The notes: generated by a model not told the origin, from the letters alone. 64,000 nucleotides of DNA from Waddliaceae bacterium (GCA_963724325.1 CAVRUH010000001.1:480001-544000), one strand, 5' to 3'. Shown: positions 36,486 to 48,700, numbered from the stretch's first letter. Program-made: numbers and translations.

Positions 36486-38420
36486 GTTTCCTGAGCTCCG
36501 CTGCAGTGATAAGTTCGTGTTCATCAGTCCCTGATAGGCGAATAATCGCGCAGGCAAGAATGCTGATAAAGCTGATAATTGCCAGCCAAAAAATGTGCCA
36601 GGTCATAGCGAAACCAAAGACGAGACTTAATGTTCCAATGTAAAATGCCATAGAGGTATTTACTGGCATGTGAATGTCTTCGTACTTTTCTGGATATAAG
36701 GGAACTTGACCTCTTTTGAAGGCCCACAGGGGGTCAATTTGATCAACGATAGGAATTCGAGCAAAATTGTAATGAGGCGGTGGTGATGATGTTGCCCATT
36801 CTAGCGTTCTGGCATTCCAAGGATCGCCGCCGGAATGGTCCCAATTTTTTTTCCGATGTTTTATACTCCAGAATAACCCAATAAATTGAATTGTTGTGCC
36901 TATTAAGATAATGAAAGCTCCAACGGCTACGACCAAAAATAGGGGCTGCCATCCTGTTGAAGCTTCATAGTGATCCAACCGTCTGGTGGCTCCCATAAAT
37001 CCAAGCATATACAGCGGCATAAAAGCAAGGAGAAAGCCGGCCATCCAGCACCAAAAAGCATATCTATTCCATTTTTCATCAAGAAAAAATCCCGTAAATT
37101 TTGGGAACCAATAGGTGAAGCCTGCGAAAAACCCAAAAAGCACACCCCCAATCACCATGCCATGAAAATGGGCAATTAGAAATAAGCTATTATGCACCTG
37201 AAAGTCGATTGGCGGCGCAGAGAGCAGGATTCCTGTCATGCCTCCAACACTGAAATTGAGTACAAAAGCAAAGAACCAGAGCATGGGTGAGGTAAAGTGC
37301 ACTTTTCCGCGAAATTTAGTAAACAGCCAATTAAATATTTTGACTCCGGTAGGCATAGCAATCAATACTGTCATAATGCCAAAAAAAGCATTCACATTAG
37401 GGCTTGCTCCCATCGTAAAGAAGTGATGCAGCCAAACAATAAACGATAGGACTGTAATCATGATCAGCGCCCAAACCATCGAAACGTAGCCAAAGAGCCG
37501 TTTTTCGGAAAAGGTGGGGACTACTTCGGAGAATATTCCAAATGCGGTAAGATGAGAATATAGACTTCAGGATGCCCCCAAGCCCAGATGAGGTTGACGT
37601 ACATCATGGGGTTTCCACCACCACCCGCTGTAAAGAAATGCATCCCTAAATAGCGATCCAATGTGAGCATAATAAGTGTAGCTGTCAAAATTGGGAAAGC
37701 AGCTATGACTAAAGCCATCGAGCAGAGAACGCTCCAGACAAATATCGGCATTTTCATCAACGTCATTCCTGGACAGCGCATTTTTAAAATGGTCACCATA
37801 AAATTGATGCCTGACAAGGTACTTCCAATGCCCGCAATCTGAACCATCCAAATCCAGTAATCGACCCCCTCATCTGGGCTATACTCTAATCCCGAAAGAG
37901 GTGGATAAGCAAGCCATCCTGAAATCGAAAATTGACCTATAGCAAGTGATAACAGTGTTAACATGGCTCCGGCAGTAAACAGCCAAAAGCTTAAAGCATT
38001 CAAGAATGGAAAGGCAACATCTCTAGCTCCAATCTGCAAGGGAATAATCAAATTCATCAAACCAAACATAACGCCCATGGCAACAAAAAAAATCATTGTT
38101 GTGCCGTGCGCAGAAAAAACCTCTTGAAAATGAGTCGTAGAAAGAAATCCATGAGCATCGCCGACAGAGAGCGACTGCTGTAATCGCATCATGACAGCAT
38201 CTGCAAATCCTTTTAAAAACATAATCAGAACAACAACAATATACATGACCCCGATTTTCTTCGGGTCAACTGTTGTAATCCACTCTTTCCAAAGCCATGT
38301 CCACCGTTTGAAGTAAAAAAGGAGAGCCATTATGACAAGTCCGGTGAACCCTCCTCCAATGACAGCTAAATTCTGAAATAAATCGTGTTCAAAAGCTTCT
38401 AAAGTTAATTTTCCAAACAT
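36478..38420 (-). CDS. cyoB: Cytochrome bo3 ubiquinol oxidase subunit I, split by a 1-nt deletion near 37546
   Basis: [12 protein letters not shown] then frame change; adding one base restores [13 protein letters not shown]...MVWA; WLHHFFT and AHFH in second part. Confidence 0.93.
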
Positions 38421-38423
38421 ATG

Positions 38424-39317
38424 TTACTCTTCGTGACCCATGGGTTCCATGTATTTCATTAAAATTGAGGAAAATAAATCTCCCTCGGCAAGCTGATATT
38501 GCTGCACAGGATGATCGATGCTAGGAGCTGTTAATTTTTGGTACTCTTTAAAATTTAGATTCGTCTGAGAAGCCTTGACCGAACCCACCCAATCAGCAAA
38601 TTCCTTTTCACTTGAGGCTTTCGTGATAAAATGCATTCCAGCAAAGCCTTCTCCACTAATGTTTGCTGAGCATCCACGGAATTCACCTTCCTGATTTGCA
38701 ACCAGATACAACTGTGTAGTCATGCCAGGCATGGCATAAATCTGCCCTGCCAGTGCTGGAATCCAGAACGAGTTCATGGGTGCGTCTGAAGTTATTTCGA
38801 AGTGTATTGGAATGTCTTTTGGAATTTGTAAAAAGTTTACTGTTGCTATTTTTTGTTCGGGATAAATAAACAGCCACTTCCACTGCAATGCAACGACTTG
38901 GATATCCAAGGCTTTTTTATCGGTCATAATGGGTTTATATGGGTCAAGTTCGTGAGTTTGATACCAAGTAAGTACAGATACAATGGCGACCATGATGATT
39001 GGCACACTCCACCAAATGATTTCAGCAAATGTATTGTCGACCAAATCTGGATCGTACGTTGCATTTTTGTTGTCTGCCCTGTATTTCCATGAGAAAATAA
39101 ATGTAAGAATATAAACCGGAATAATGACTAAGAGCATCAATCCCTGAATGAGAAACAGCAGATTCCGTTCTTTTAAAGCAATGATCCCTTTTGGGAATAG
39201 AAGGGCAATATTTTCTTGGAAAAAAAGAATCAGTAACGGCTGCAACGACAGAAAAAAGAAGAAAAGCACTGCTGTTACAATCAGCATAAATATTACAGGT
39301 TTTTTCGGTTTCGTCAT
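38424..39317 (-). CDS. cyoA: Cytochrome bo3 ubiquinol oxidase subunit II
   Basis: PKG.IA, WKWLFIYPEQ, MNSFWIP.L.GQIYAMPGM, SGEGFAGM. Confidence 0.95.
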   Translation of the reverse strand: MTKPKKPVIFMLIVTAVLFFFFLSLQPLLILFFQENIALLFPKGIIALKERNLLFLIQGLMLLVIIPVYILTFIFSWKYRADNKNATYDPDLVDNTFAEIIWWSVPIIMVAIVSVLTWYQTHELDPYKPIMTDKKALDIQVVALQWKWLFIYPEQKIATVNFLQIPKDIPIHFEITSDAPMNSFWIPALAGQIYAMPGMTTQLYLVANQEGEFRGCSANISGEGFAGMHFITKASSEKEFADWVGSVKASQTNLNFKEYQKLTAPSIDHPVQQYQLAEGDLFSSILMKYMEPMGHEE

Positions 39318-39437
39318 TCCCTTCCTACTTTCTTTCAAAAGGATTCACTATATATATTTGTTTTTGGAAGTCAAGAGAAAATCGTTTGAAACACTTGTAC
39401 TTAAAAATTAATACCTATAGAAGTAATGTAATATCAT

Positions 39438-40067
39438 ATGATACAGATGAGGTATATGAAGATAGCAAAAATCACCCACTTATTTGTGGATATTGGCGGG
39501 GTTTTACTCACTAATGGTTGGGATCATCTTGAACGAAAGCGAGCATCAACCCATTTTAAGCTAGAAAGTACAGAATTTGAGTATAGGCATCATTTGACAT
39601 TTGACACTTATGAAGAAGGGAAAATCACGCTGGTGGAATATTTAAACAGGGTCGTATTTTACAAGAAGCGGACGTTTACTATGGCTGAATTTCGTCGCTA
39701 CATGTTTTCCCAATCTAAACCTTATCCACAAATGATTGGGTTAATTAAAGATCTCAAGTTAAAATATGGATTAAAAGTTGTTGCTGTTAGTAACGAAGCA
39801 CGGGAATTAAATGACCATCGCATTCGAAAATTCAAATTGAATGATTTTGTAGACACTTTTATTTCATCCAGTTTCGTCCACATTCGTAAGCCAGATGAGG
39901 AAATTTTTCGACTTGCGTTTGATATCTCTCAGGCGCGTCCAGAGGAAGTTGTGTATATAGAAAACACCGAAATGTTTGTCCAGGTTGCAGAAGGTTTGGG
40001 GATTAAAAGCATTTATCACACAAATTATGAGTCAACGCGGGCAAAACTCGAATCACTTATGCCATAG
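39438..40067 (+). CDS. HAD-superfamily phosphatase
   Basis: FVDIGGVL, VSN, RKPD..IF. Confidence 0.88.
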   Translation: MIQMRYMKIAKITHLFVDIGGVLLTNGWDHLERKRASTHFKLESTEFEYRHHLTFDTYEEGKITLVEYLNRVVFYKKRTFTMAEFRRYMFSQSKPYPQMIGLIKDLKLKYGLKVVAVSNEARELNDHRIRKFKLNDFVDTFISSSFVHIRKPDEEIFRLAFDISQARPEEVVYIENTEMFVQVAEGLGIKSIYHTNYESTRAKLESLMP

Positions 40068-40565
40068 GATATGATTTGATTCGAGCGGAATGGCGACTCC
40101 TGAAAAGCGGGGTATAATTCGGGGAGTGAAATAGGATGCAGGGTGTGTTGAGGGAACATTTATTTTATAAATATATCCATTAGGTGTTTCTCCTTGATTT
40201 TCCATCTCGATTGTAAGGGCATTTGAATAAAGTTCTACTTTGACATCATGGGGGTTCAAATTGCCAAGGGAAACGTAGGTCTTAAAAAAATGTTGACCAT
40301 TATTAGTTTCAATTTGTAAGTCGTTAAATTTTAGTTTGTCCCAATTATCAGATAGAGCATGTTTCCAGTCGATAATTTGTTGTGCCAACTTGGCATGTGG
40401 ACCCCATTTGTGACAAATCCAATGGGAATTTCTTCTTCTGACCATCTTGGAAATAATTCTTGAAATAAATATTTACTTACAGTCATCTGTACTGTGGTTC
40501 CATGACGATCGTAGATTTAATGCAAGATCTTCTATGGATTCATATTCATTATTCTCTTTATTCAT
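40053..40565 (-). pseudogene. glgP: Glycogen/alpha-glucan phosphorylase reduced to three fragments
   Basis: N-term LALNLRSSWNH (40565-40482), middle LFPRW..EIPIGFVTNGVHMPSW (40480-40385), C-term VELY...TPRIIP...PLE..HILW (40388-40053), in different frames. Confidence 0.85.
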
Positions 40566-41316
40566 GGTTTATACCTCCCTTGTGGATCAATAAATCTATA
40601 TGCTAGCAGTTTAAAGCGGTCGCTTAATAGGGCCCACACGGTTGCATACCCCCACACAAAGACTGCCCAACCCCATCCAAGTGGTGGCATAAGGAATCCA
40701 TATACAGCGATGAGAGTTGCTATTATTTGCGTTCCGATAACGGCTATTAATAAAATAGGGGCGGGTCGTATGGACCAAAAAGGTCCGCGAGTGCGTGTTA
40801 AAAATATAGTCATGTGCCCAGCTACTGATAACTTTAAATACATCATAGACTGGAGATGTTTGTGGTCGAGATGAAGGACTTTATCTCCGAGAAAAAATAG
40901 TCCAAATAAAGTTATGAGGCCAATAACACCTAGAACAGTAGCGATTCCGAGTACCATACGCATGTTCCAAGCTTCCGGTTGATTTTTGTAGTGCACATTG
41001 TCATAAGCTATAGATAAAATAGCCCCGTCGTTAAGCAGCGCTAACATTACGATCATCACCGCCGTCAGAGGATAGAAGTTAAAAATCAGGATTGCAAGGG
41101 TCATAAATAATAATATGCGTAAAGTTTCTGCAATACGGTAAATTGCGTAGCTATTCATTCGTTGGAAAATTTTACGGTTTTCTTTTATTGCGTCAATAAT
41201 CACTGATAGACCCGGTGTGAGAAGGACGATGGAAGCAGCAGCGCGTGCTGCATCTGTCGCGCCTCTAGCCTTTGCATCAATGTTCCCATCGACATGGTCT
41301 GTAAATTATCTTTCAT
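40562..41316 (-). pseudogene. Plasma-membrane-type H+ P-type ATPase with internal deletion
   Basis: About 19 N-terminal codons joined out of frame to GATDAARAAASIVLL.PGLSVIIDAI..R.IFQRM..Y..YRIAET...LLNDG. Confidence 0.85.
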
Positions 41317-41317
41317 T

Positions 41318-42304
41318 TTAAAAGCCCTTAAATATAAATATTAAGAATATCAAAATGGCTAATAATATTATCCACAGGCTTATGGCGATAAAAGTTGCTG
41401 TAGTAGCCCTCCCTTTTTCCTTATTTGTGAATGGGTGTATGCCCTGTGCAAGAAATGTGGTTACTCCGGCAAGATTAATGCAAATTAAATTCATTACAAA
41501 CAGAGAAAGTGCATCCATTGCTAGAGCTGTTTGTCCGTTACCTAAAAGTAATCCAAATGTCACAAGCGGAGGGGACAAAGATACTGCAACCATCACTCCG
41601 ATTAATGCCGATGATATTGCTGTAGTGAAAGAGAGCGCACCTGCACAGCCGGAGGCTAATGCTACGGCGATGTTCCCAAGGTTTACTCGCATATGAAATG
41701 CTACTTCAGTCACAGCAGGGTCCACATTGATTAAGGCTCCAATAAGAATTGCTAAGAACATCCCCGTTGAAATTCCTGTAATGCTCGTTAACACGGCATG
41801 TCGCAATAAGGACAAATCGCCTAATGTTGTACCAAGTGCCAACGCCATGTTCGAGCCAAGCAGAGGAGCAATCACCATCGCCCCAATAATGATAGCAACA
41901 CTGCTATGTTGCAGGCCTACGGCAGCTACAATAGTGGATAATATTACCATCACTAAGTAGATTCGAGAACATCGAGCAGCATCTTTAATACTTTCGTACA
42001 ATTCTTCCCGACTAATCCTTTCAGGTGATTCTTTATGGAATGAGATTTTTGAAGAATCTTCTCGTGGTAAGGTTGCATTGACAGATAAAATAACAACTCG
42101 ATTATCTTTTTTACCAGCATATTGCTCTTCCAGTGAATCCAGAACGGTTTCGCTCTCTTCCGCATCTAATAAAATGCGTACCAATACTTCATCTTTGGCT
42201 AAATGAACTCTACGATGTTCAACAACTTTGTGTTTTTTGAGTATTTCGAATATTTCATCGCTCTCTTTTTCATGTACGATCATCTCTATGAGTCTAAGTG
42301 CCAT
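41318..42304 (-). CDS. TIGR00341 / DUF389 membrane protein
   Basis: RISREELY, IIGAMVIAPLLG, LIGVMVAV.L.PP, NLICINLAG. Confidence 0.88.
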   Translation of the reverse strand: MALRLIEMIVHEKESDEIFEILKKHKVVEHRRVHLAKDEVLVRILLDAEESETVLDSLEEQYAGKKDNRVVILSVNATLPREDSSKISFHKESPERISREELYESIKDAARCSRIYLVMVILSTIVAAVGLQHSSVAIIIGAMVIAPLLGSNMALALGTTLGDLSLLRHAVLTSITGISTGMFLAILIGALINVDPAVTEVAFHMRVNLGNIAVALASGCAGALSFTTAISSALIGVMVAVSLSPPLVTFGLLLGNGQTALAMDALSLFVMNLICINLAGVTTFLAQGIHPFTNKEKGRATTATFIAISLWIILLAILIFLIFIFKGF

Positions 42305-43839
42305 GATGTCCTTAGCTTCTTCTTTCCACGTTCATGCAATTCGGTGGGCAGGGGCCAACTGTGTCCCTCCGTGAGCAACCCTTGAACGATTTCTGGGCCC
42401 CAGGTGCCAGCAGCATAATTGGGAAAATCTCCCGGGGGAGCTTTCGCCCAAACTTCAAGCACAGGCATTAATAATCGCCAAGCAGCCTCAACTTGATCAG
42501 CCCGCATAAAAAGGGTTGCATCATTCTTCATGATATCCCAAAGCAATGTTTCATAGGCATTGGGCGAACGTACAGCAAATGCATCTTGGTAATTAAATTG
42601 CATTTCTACAGTGCGCAACTGCATTTTAGATCCTGGATGTTTTGCTTGGAAGCGGAGGACAATACCTTCATCAGGATGGATAGACATTATTAGTCGAGAA
42701 GTTTGCCAATCAAGCGAAGCTTCTGCGGGAAAAGATTGATGAGGCACTGCTCGAAACTGGATCATGATTTCTGAGGCTTGTTTTGTAAGCCTCTTTCCAG
42801 TGCGGAGGTAGAAGGGGACTCCTTGCCAGCGCCAGTTATCTATGAACAATTTGAGAGCGACAAATGTTTCTGTCTGAGAAGAGTCAGAGACCCCAGGTTC
42901 TTTGCGGTAACCCGGAACTTTCTTCCCATTTTCCCATCCTGGACCATATTGTCCTCTCACGACATACTGATGGACCTCATCATGGTAAATGGGGCGAATG
43001 GCATGAAGAACATCCACTTTCTTATTGCGAATTTCATCGGCCTCGAAAGAAACCATTGGTTCCATGCCAACGAGACAGAGCAATTGCATGAGATGATTCT
43101 GAACCATATCTCTGAGGGCACCAGCATGGTCGTAGTAGGCGCCTCGATGCTCAACGCCAACTGCTTCTGCAGCGGTGATGGTGACAAAATCGACATAACG
43201 GCGGTTCCAGATGGGCTCGAAGAGAGGATTGGCAAAGCGGAATGCCAAAATATTTTGCACCGTTTCCTTGCCGAGATAATGATCGATCCGGAAGACTTGA
43301 GACTCTTCGAAATTAGCTGCGAGAATGGAATTTAACTTTTTTGCAGATTCTAGAGAATAGCCGATCGGTTTTTCGATGACTATTCTGGCCCGTGTCCGTT
43401 CTTGCGATAATCCAGCCTTGCCGAGATAATTTGGAATTTCTCCAAACATGCTCGGTGGAGTGGCCATGTAAAAAATGCGATGAGCTTTTGCATTCCATTC
43501 CTTTTCTAATCTGTTACAATGTTCCCCCAAAGTTCGATAAGTTTGCAGTTTTTTGAAATCACCTTGTTGGTAGTGAATATGTTTTGAAAACTTGGTCCAT
43601 TCACTGGTTTTGGCTGTATTATAGCGCGCGAATTTCTTGACGCCATCATGGAGGCGGCGACGGAGTTGTTCATCACCGAAGTCAGCACGATCCACTACAA
43701 TAATTGAAAAATCGACGGGCATGTTCTGATCTTGTGAGAGGTCAAATAATGCCGGCACAAGCTTTCGCCAAGTCAGGTCTCCGGCTCCCCCAAAGATGAT
43801 CAATATTGTTGGTTCGAGTTTATCTATTGGGTTGATCAC
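42286..43839 (-). CDS. zwf: Glucose-6-phosphate 1-dehydrogenase
   Basis: G..GDL..RKL.P, EKP.G, RIDHYLGKE, RDMVQNH, RWQGVPFYLRTGK. Confidence 0.97.
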   Translation of the reverse strand: MINPIDKLEPTILIIFGGAGDLTWRKLVPALFDLSQDQNMPVDFSIIVVDRADFGDEQLRRRLHDGVKKFARYNTAKTSEWTKFSKHIHYQQGDFKKLQTYRTLGEHCNRLEKEWNAKAHRIFYMATPPSMFGEIPNYLGKAGLSQERTRARIVIEKPIGYSLESAKKLNSILAANFEESQVFRIDHYLGKETVQNILAFRFANPLFEPIWNRRYVDFVTITAAEAVGVEHRGAYYDHAGALRDMVQNHLMQLLCLVGMEPMVSFEADEIRNKKVDVLHAIRPIYHDEVHQYVVRGQYGPGWENGKKVPGYRKEPGVSDSSQTETFVALKLFIDNWRWQGVPFYLRTGKRLTKQASEIMIQFRAVPHQSFPAEASLDWQTSRLIMSIHPDEGIVLRFQAKHPGSKMQLRTVEMQFNYQDAFAVRSPNAYETLLWDIMKNDATLFMRADQVEAAWRLLMPVLEVWAKAPPGDFPNYAAGTWGPEIVQGLLTEGHSWPLPTELHERGKKKLRTSWHLDS

Positions 43840-45260
43840 TTCTCCTCCCATTGCATGTGAAAGGTTCCTTTGGCATCTATTCGTTCATAGGTGTGTGCGC
43901 CGAAATAGTCGCGCTGGGCTTGGATAAGATTTGCAGGTAGCCATTCGCTCCTGTAAGCATCGAGATACCCCAGTGAAACCATTAGACCTGGAATTGGAAG
44001 ACCTGCCTCGGCTCCTCGAGATACAACTTCTCGCAAACTTATATGGCGTTTTATTATCTTTTGCGAGATGTGGTGATCAAGCAATAAATTTGGCAAATCT
44101 CGATGCGTTCGAAATGCTGCGCAGATATCTTCTAATAATCTGGAACGTATAATGCAACCGCCTCTCCAAATTCGCGATAGGGCTTCAAAGTCGATATTAT
44201 ACTTATATTTCTTTGAGGCTGCACTCAAAACTGCAAACCCTTGGGCATAGGTGAGGATTATTGCACAATAGAGGGCATCATGCAGTTGCGTAAGGAATGT
44301 GTCTCGATTGACCTTAAAAAAAGGAATGGTCTGCTTATAAATTAGGTTGGCCTGTTCCCGTTCTTTTTCGAATACAGATAGATCTCGCATGGCGACAGCA
44401 AGATCAATCGTCGGAATGGGCACTTGAAGCTCCATGGCGCTTTGCGACGTCCACATTCCTGTCCCTTTTTGTTTGGCTACATCGAGGATTTCATCAATGA
44501 GCCTCTTGCCGGTTTTATCATCTATCTTGGAAAAAATTTTGGCAGAAATTTCCATGAGATATCCATTCAGTTCCTCTTGATTCCACCGGGCATAAATTTG
44601 ATGTATCTCTTCGTCGCTAAGATCAAAACCACGTTTCATCAGGTCATAAGTTTCAGCAATTAGCTGCATGATCCCATATTCGATGCCGTTGTGGACCATT
44701 TTCACAAAATGACCTGTTGACCCTGTTCCAAGCCAGGTTACGCATGGACTGTTATCCACTTTTGCGGCGACTGCTTCTAAAATGGGGCGAACACGTTCAT
44801 ATGCCTCTTTTGGTCCTCCGGGCATCATGCTTGGTCCATGGCGAGCACCTTCCTCGCCACCGGAAACACCCATTCCAATAAAATGGATCCCCTGCGCTGC
44901 TAATTGCCGGCCACGAACGTCGGTGTCTTTGAAATAGGAGTTCCCTCCGTCGATTATAAGATCTCCGGGCTCAAGGTGCGGTAAAAGGGCTTGAATTACA
45001 GAGTCAACGGGGGCTCCCGCCGGAACTAGCATCATAATGGCGCGTGGTTTGCGAAGTAAGCTGATAAATTCCGCAAGATCAGTTGTTCCACAGATACTTT
45101 TGTTTTCATTGACTTGAGGAAGCTCTTTGGCCTTTGTGGAGTCATTGTCATAGCCGATTACAGAAAATCCATTGTCAGCCATATTCATCATGAGATTTTG
45201 ACCCATGACGCCTAAACCAATCATCCCAATCTCAAAATGTCTGGATGGATTATTATTCAT
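43836..45260 (-). CDS. gnd: 6-phosphogluconate dehydrogenase (decarboxylating, NADP+)
   Basis: GLGVMG, DGGN, GVSGGEEGA, KMVHNGIEYG, QRDYFGAHTY. Confidence 0.97.
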   Translation of the reverse strand: MNNNPSRHFEIGMIGLGVMGQNLMMNMADNGFSVIGYDNDSTKAKELPQVNENKSICGTTDLAEFISLLRKPRAIMMLVPAGAPVDSVIQALLPHLEPGDLIIDGGNSYFKDTDVRGRQLAAQGIHFIGMGVSGGEEGARHGPSMMPGGPKEAYERVRPILEAVAAKVDNSPCVTWLGTGSTGHFVKMVHNGIEYGIMQLIAETYDLMKRGFDLSDEEIHQIYARWNQEELNGYLMEISAKIFSKIDDKTGKRLIDEILDVAKQKGTGMWTSQSAMELQVPIPTIDLAVAMRDLSVFEKEREQANLIYKQTIPFFKVNRDTFLTQLHDALYCAIILTYAQGFAVLSAASKKYKYNIDFEALSRIWRGGCIIRSRLLEDICAAFRTHRDLPNLLLDHHISQKIIKRHISLREVVSRGAEAGLPIPGLMVSLGYLDAYRSEWLPANLIQAQRDYFGAHTYERIDAKGTFHMQWEEK

Positions 45261-45459
45261 GGTCCAACTCCCCGCTTGGCTTTTCAAATAATCTATCTAT
45301 AACATATTTGAATTTTAAATCATTATTTATTGTATTTAAGAGCTTTTTTCGTCACATACAATGATGAAAAAGATGAGATCCTTTTCTATTGATTTAAAAT
45401 TATAAATACTATATCGTGAAATTAGGGCGTGTTAGTGTAAACATGCTTAAGGAGGAGTT

Positions 45460-45702
45460 ATGTTAGATGCAAAAAGATTAGGGCTTTCAGGTGGTGTATT
45501 GTGGTCCTTATCCATCTTTATCCTGACAATTCTTGCCATTTACACTGGATATTCAACACAATTTTTAAATTTGATAGGAAGTGTTTATCTTGGATATTCC
45601 ATTTCTTGGCCAGGAGCATTTATTGGTTTGGTTTATGGCTTCTTTGATGGTTTTATCGGGCTATACCTCCTTGCTTGGCTGTACAATCAGTTGGAAGTAT
45701 AG
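45460..45702 (+). CDS. Small membrane protein (family often labelled 'bacteriophage holin')
   Basis: 80 aa hydrophobic; GYSISW.GA.IG..YGF.DG...AWLYN; AAGGAGG RBS. Confidence 0.65.
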   Translation: MLDAKRLGLSGGVLWSLSIFILTILAIYTGYSTQFLNLIGSVYLGYSISWPGAFIGLVYGFFDGFIGLYLLAWLYNQLEV

Positions 45703-45771
45703 ACATGTTGCGAATTATAAAGATATTCGCTATAAATCAAAAAAAGATTTGATTAATGGTGAAAGTCTTAC

Positions 45772-48700
45772 ATGTGGATTGTTCAGTTAGCCCTTAGGCG
45801 ACCTTATACCTTTGTCATGATGGCATTACTTATATTGGTGATGGGTGCGTGGTTTATTATCCAAACCCCTAAGGATATATTTCCCAGTGTTGATATCCCA
45901 GTAGTGAATGTCATTTGGAGTTATAAGGGACTTCCAGCTGAAGAATTTGAACAGAGAATCACTACTTTTAGTGAGTTTTCTCTTTCTAAAAATATTAATG
46001 ATATCGAACGAATAGAGTCGCAAACACTCGATGGAATTGCTATTATACGTTTGTTTTTTCATCCGAATGTAAATTTGGAATCAGCTATATCGCAGGTCAC
46101 TGCATCCTCACAGTCTGTTCTAAGACATATGCCGAAGGGAGTGGAACCGCCGATTATTGTTAAATACACGGCAAGTAGTGTGCCGATCTTGCAAATTCTT
46201 CTCTCTAGCGACACACTAAATGAATCAGAATTGTATGATTATGGGATTTATCGCATCAGGCAATCGATTGCGGCAATACAGGGAGTGACCATCCCAAGCC
46301 CTTATGGAGGAACGGCACGTCAGTTGATGATCGATCTTGATCCTGAGGCCCTTCAGGCAAGAGGGATTTCTCCCGGAGAAATAAATAATGCGATTAATGA
46401 TCAAAATTTGATTTCGCCTACCGGAGACAGTCGCATCGGCACACTGGATTATCGAGTAAACATGAATAATACCCCTATATTGGCGAACGATTTCAATGAT
46501 ATCCCCATTAAGGTTGTGAATGACGTTGTAATTTACTTGAGGGATGTAGGATTTGCTCATGATGGATTTATTCCTCAAACAAGTATTGTTCGAAATAACG
46601 GTAAGCGTGCCGTTTTATTGATGATTTTAAAAACTGGATCAGCATCCACCCTTGAAGTAGTAAATAGTATTAAAAAAATATTGCCAACATTGCGGGCAGC
46701 CGCGCCTAAGGGAATGAATATCGATCTACTATTTGATCAATCTGTGTTTGTGAGGTCGTCAATAAAAAGCGTGATGGTAGAAGGGGTGTTGGCATCGGTG
46801 TTGACAGGTGCGATTATTTTGATATTTTTGGCTAGTTGGCGCAGTACGTTGATTGTGTTTGTATCCATCCCCTTATCGGTTCTTTCATCAATTATTATGT
46901 TATCCCTGATTGGAGAAACGTTAAATGTGATGACATTGGGGGGATTGGCTTTGGCCATCGGAATCTTGGTCGACGATGCCACTGTGACTCTCGAAAATAT
47001 TCATAGAAATATTCAGATGGAAAAAACGGTTCGACAGGGTATTCTAGATGGTTCAGCACAGATTATCTTTCCAGCACTTGTAACTATGTTATCTATTTGC
47101 ATCGTATTTCTTCCAGTTGTCATGTTGGTCGGTCCAGCCAAATTTTTATTCACTCCTTTGGCACTAGCCGTGGTTTTCGCCATCGCTACATCGTTCTTTA
47201 TTTCTAGAACATTGGTTCCAACAATGATCGATTATCTTATTCAGGATGCAGCCCACACTACTGTAGGACATTATCAAGAAAATTTTGATAAAAAATTTCA
47301 TCGTTTTCGATCATATTATACTCATTTGCTACATTGGATTTTGACAAATCGGGCAACAGGATTAATTCTTTTTGGCCTTGTGTTTGTCAGCGCCATTGTT
47401 GTTTTTCCGTTTGTTGGAAAAGACTTTTTCCCTGTTTCGGATGCTGGACAGTTGCGCCTGCACGTACAGGCAGCTACAGGAACAAGAATCGAGGTAACGG
47501 AAGAAATATTTGGCGAAGTTGAAGAGGCGATCAAAAAAATCATTCCGCATAATGAAATAGCATTTTTAATTGACAACATCGGATTGGTGAGTGAACCATA
47601 CAATTATGCCTTTGGAGATAATGCAACGTTGGGGACCTATGACGGGGAAATATTGATTTCATTCAATAATGATAGGAAGATGTCAACAACGGAATATATG
47701 GCGATTTTAAGAAATGAGCTAAAGAAACAGTTTCCCCATCTCCGCTTTTTCTTTCAACCCGCTGATATGACCAGTCAAATTCTCCACTTTGGCCTCCCTG
47801 CTCCAATAGATGTTCGAGTGGTCGGACACGATACAAAAAATAATCTCAACATCGCAAACGAGCTTGTCGAAAGTATTTCACATATTCCAGGATCTGTGGA
47901 TGTTCATTTACACCAAGTCAATGATTTTCCTGAGTTGTTTTTGAATGTTGATAGGACCCTGTTAGCTCGTGCAGGCCTTACTCAGAAGAAAATTTCCGAT
48001 GACGTCTTAATTTCATATAGCTCCAGCAGCGAGGTTTCGCCAAACTTTTGGCTGGATCGCGAAACAGGAATTCCATACCTAATATCCATACAAACGCCAA
48101 AGTATAAAATTAATACTGCCGATGCCTTAATGCGCATGCCAGTTTCAACACCTCAAATAGAGTCTGGGCAACTTTTAAGCAATTTAGCTCAACTTGAACA
48201 TCGTGAAACAATAGGTGTGGCTAATCATTTTAACGTTCAGCCTGTTTATGATATATATGCGAACGTTCAGGGGAGAGATTTGGGAGGTGTTGCTTCGGAT
48301 ATCTACAGGATCATTGATGAAAAAAAAGGTAAATTAGCCCCCGGAAACGAGATTGCCGTCCGTGGCATTGTAAAAGACATGAATGAGGCTTTTATACGGT
48401 TGGCTCTAGGATTTATTTTTGCTTTCATTTTGGTCTATTCCTTATTGGTGGTTAATTTTCAGTCATGGACTGATCCATTTATCATTATTATGGCTCTTCC
48501 TGGAGCAATTGTAGGTATAGCTTGGATGTTATACCTAACAAATACCACTTTTAATGTTCCGTCGTTAATGGGAATGATCATGTCTGTGGGCCTAGCTACA
48601 GCAAATAGCATATTGCTTGTAAGTTTTGCTAATACGTTGTTAATCGAAGGGAAAAACAGTCTTGATGCCATTTTAGAGGCTGCTAGCATTCGGTTGCGTC

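Noticed and set aside
42778..43335. 185-aa plus-strand ORF
   Set aside because: Antisense shadow of zwf
45460..45702. Prophage, suggested by the holin-like gene
   Set aside because: No endolysin, integrase or structural genes nearby; the family label is weak
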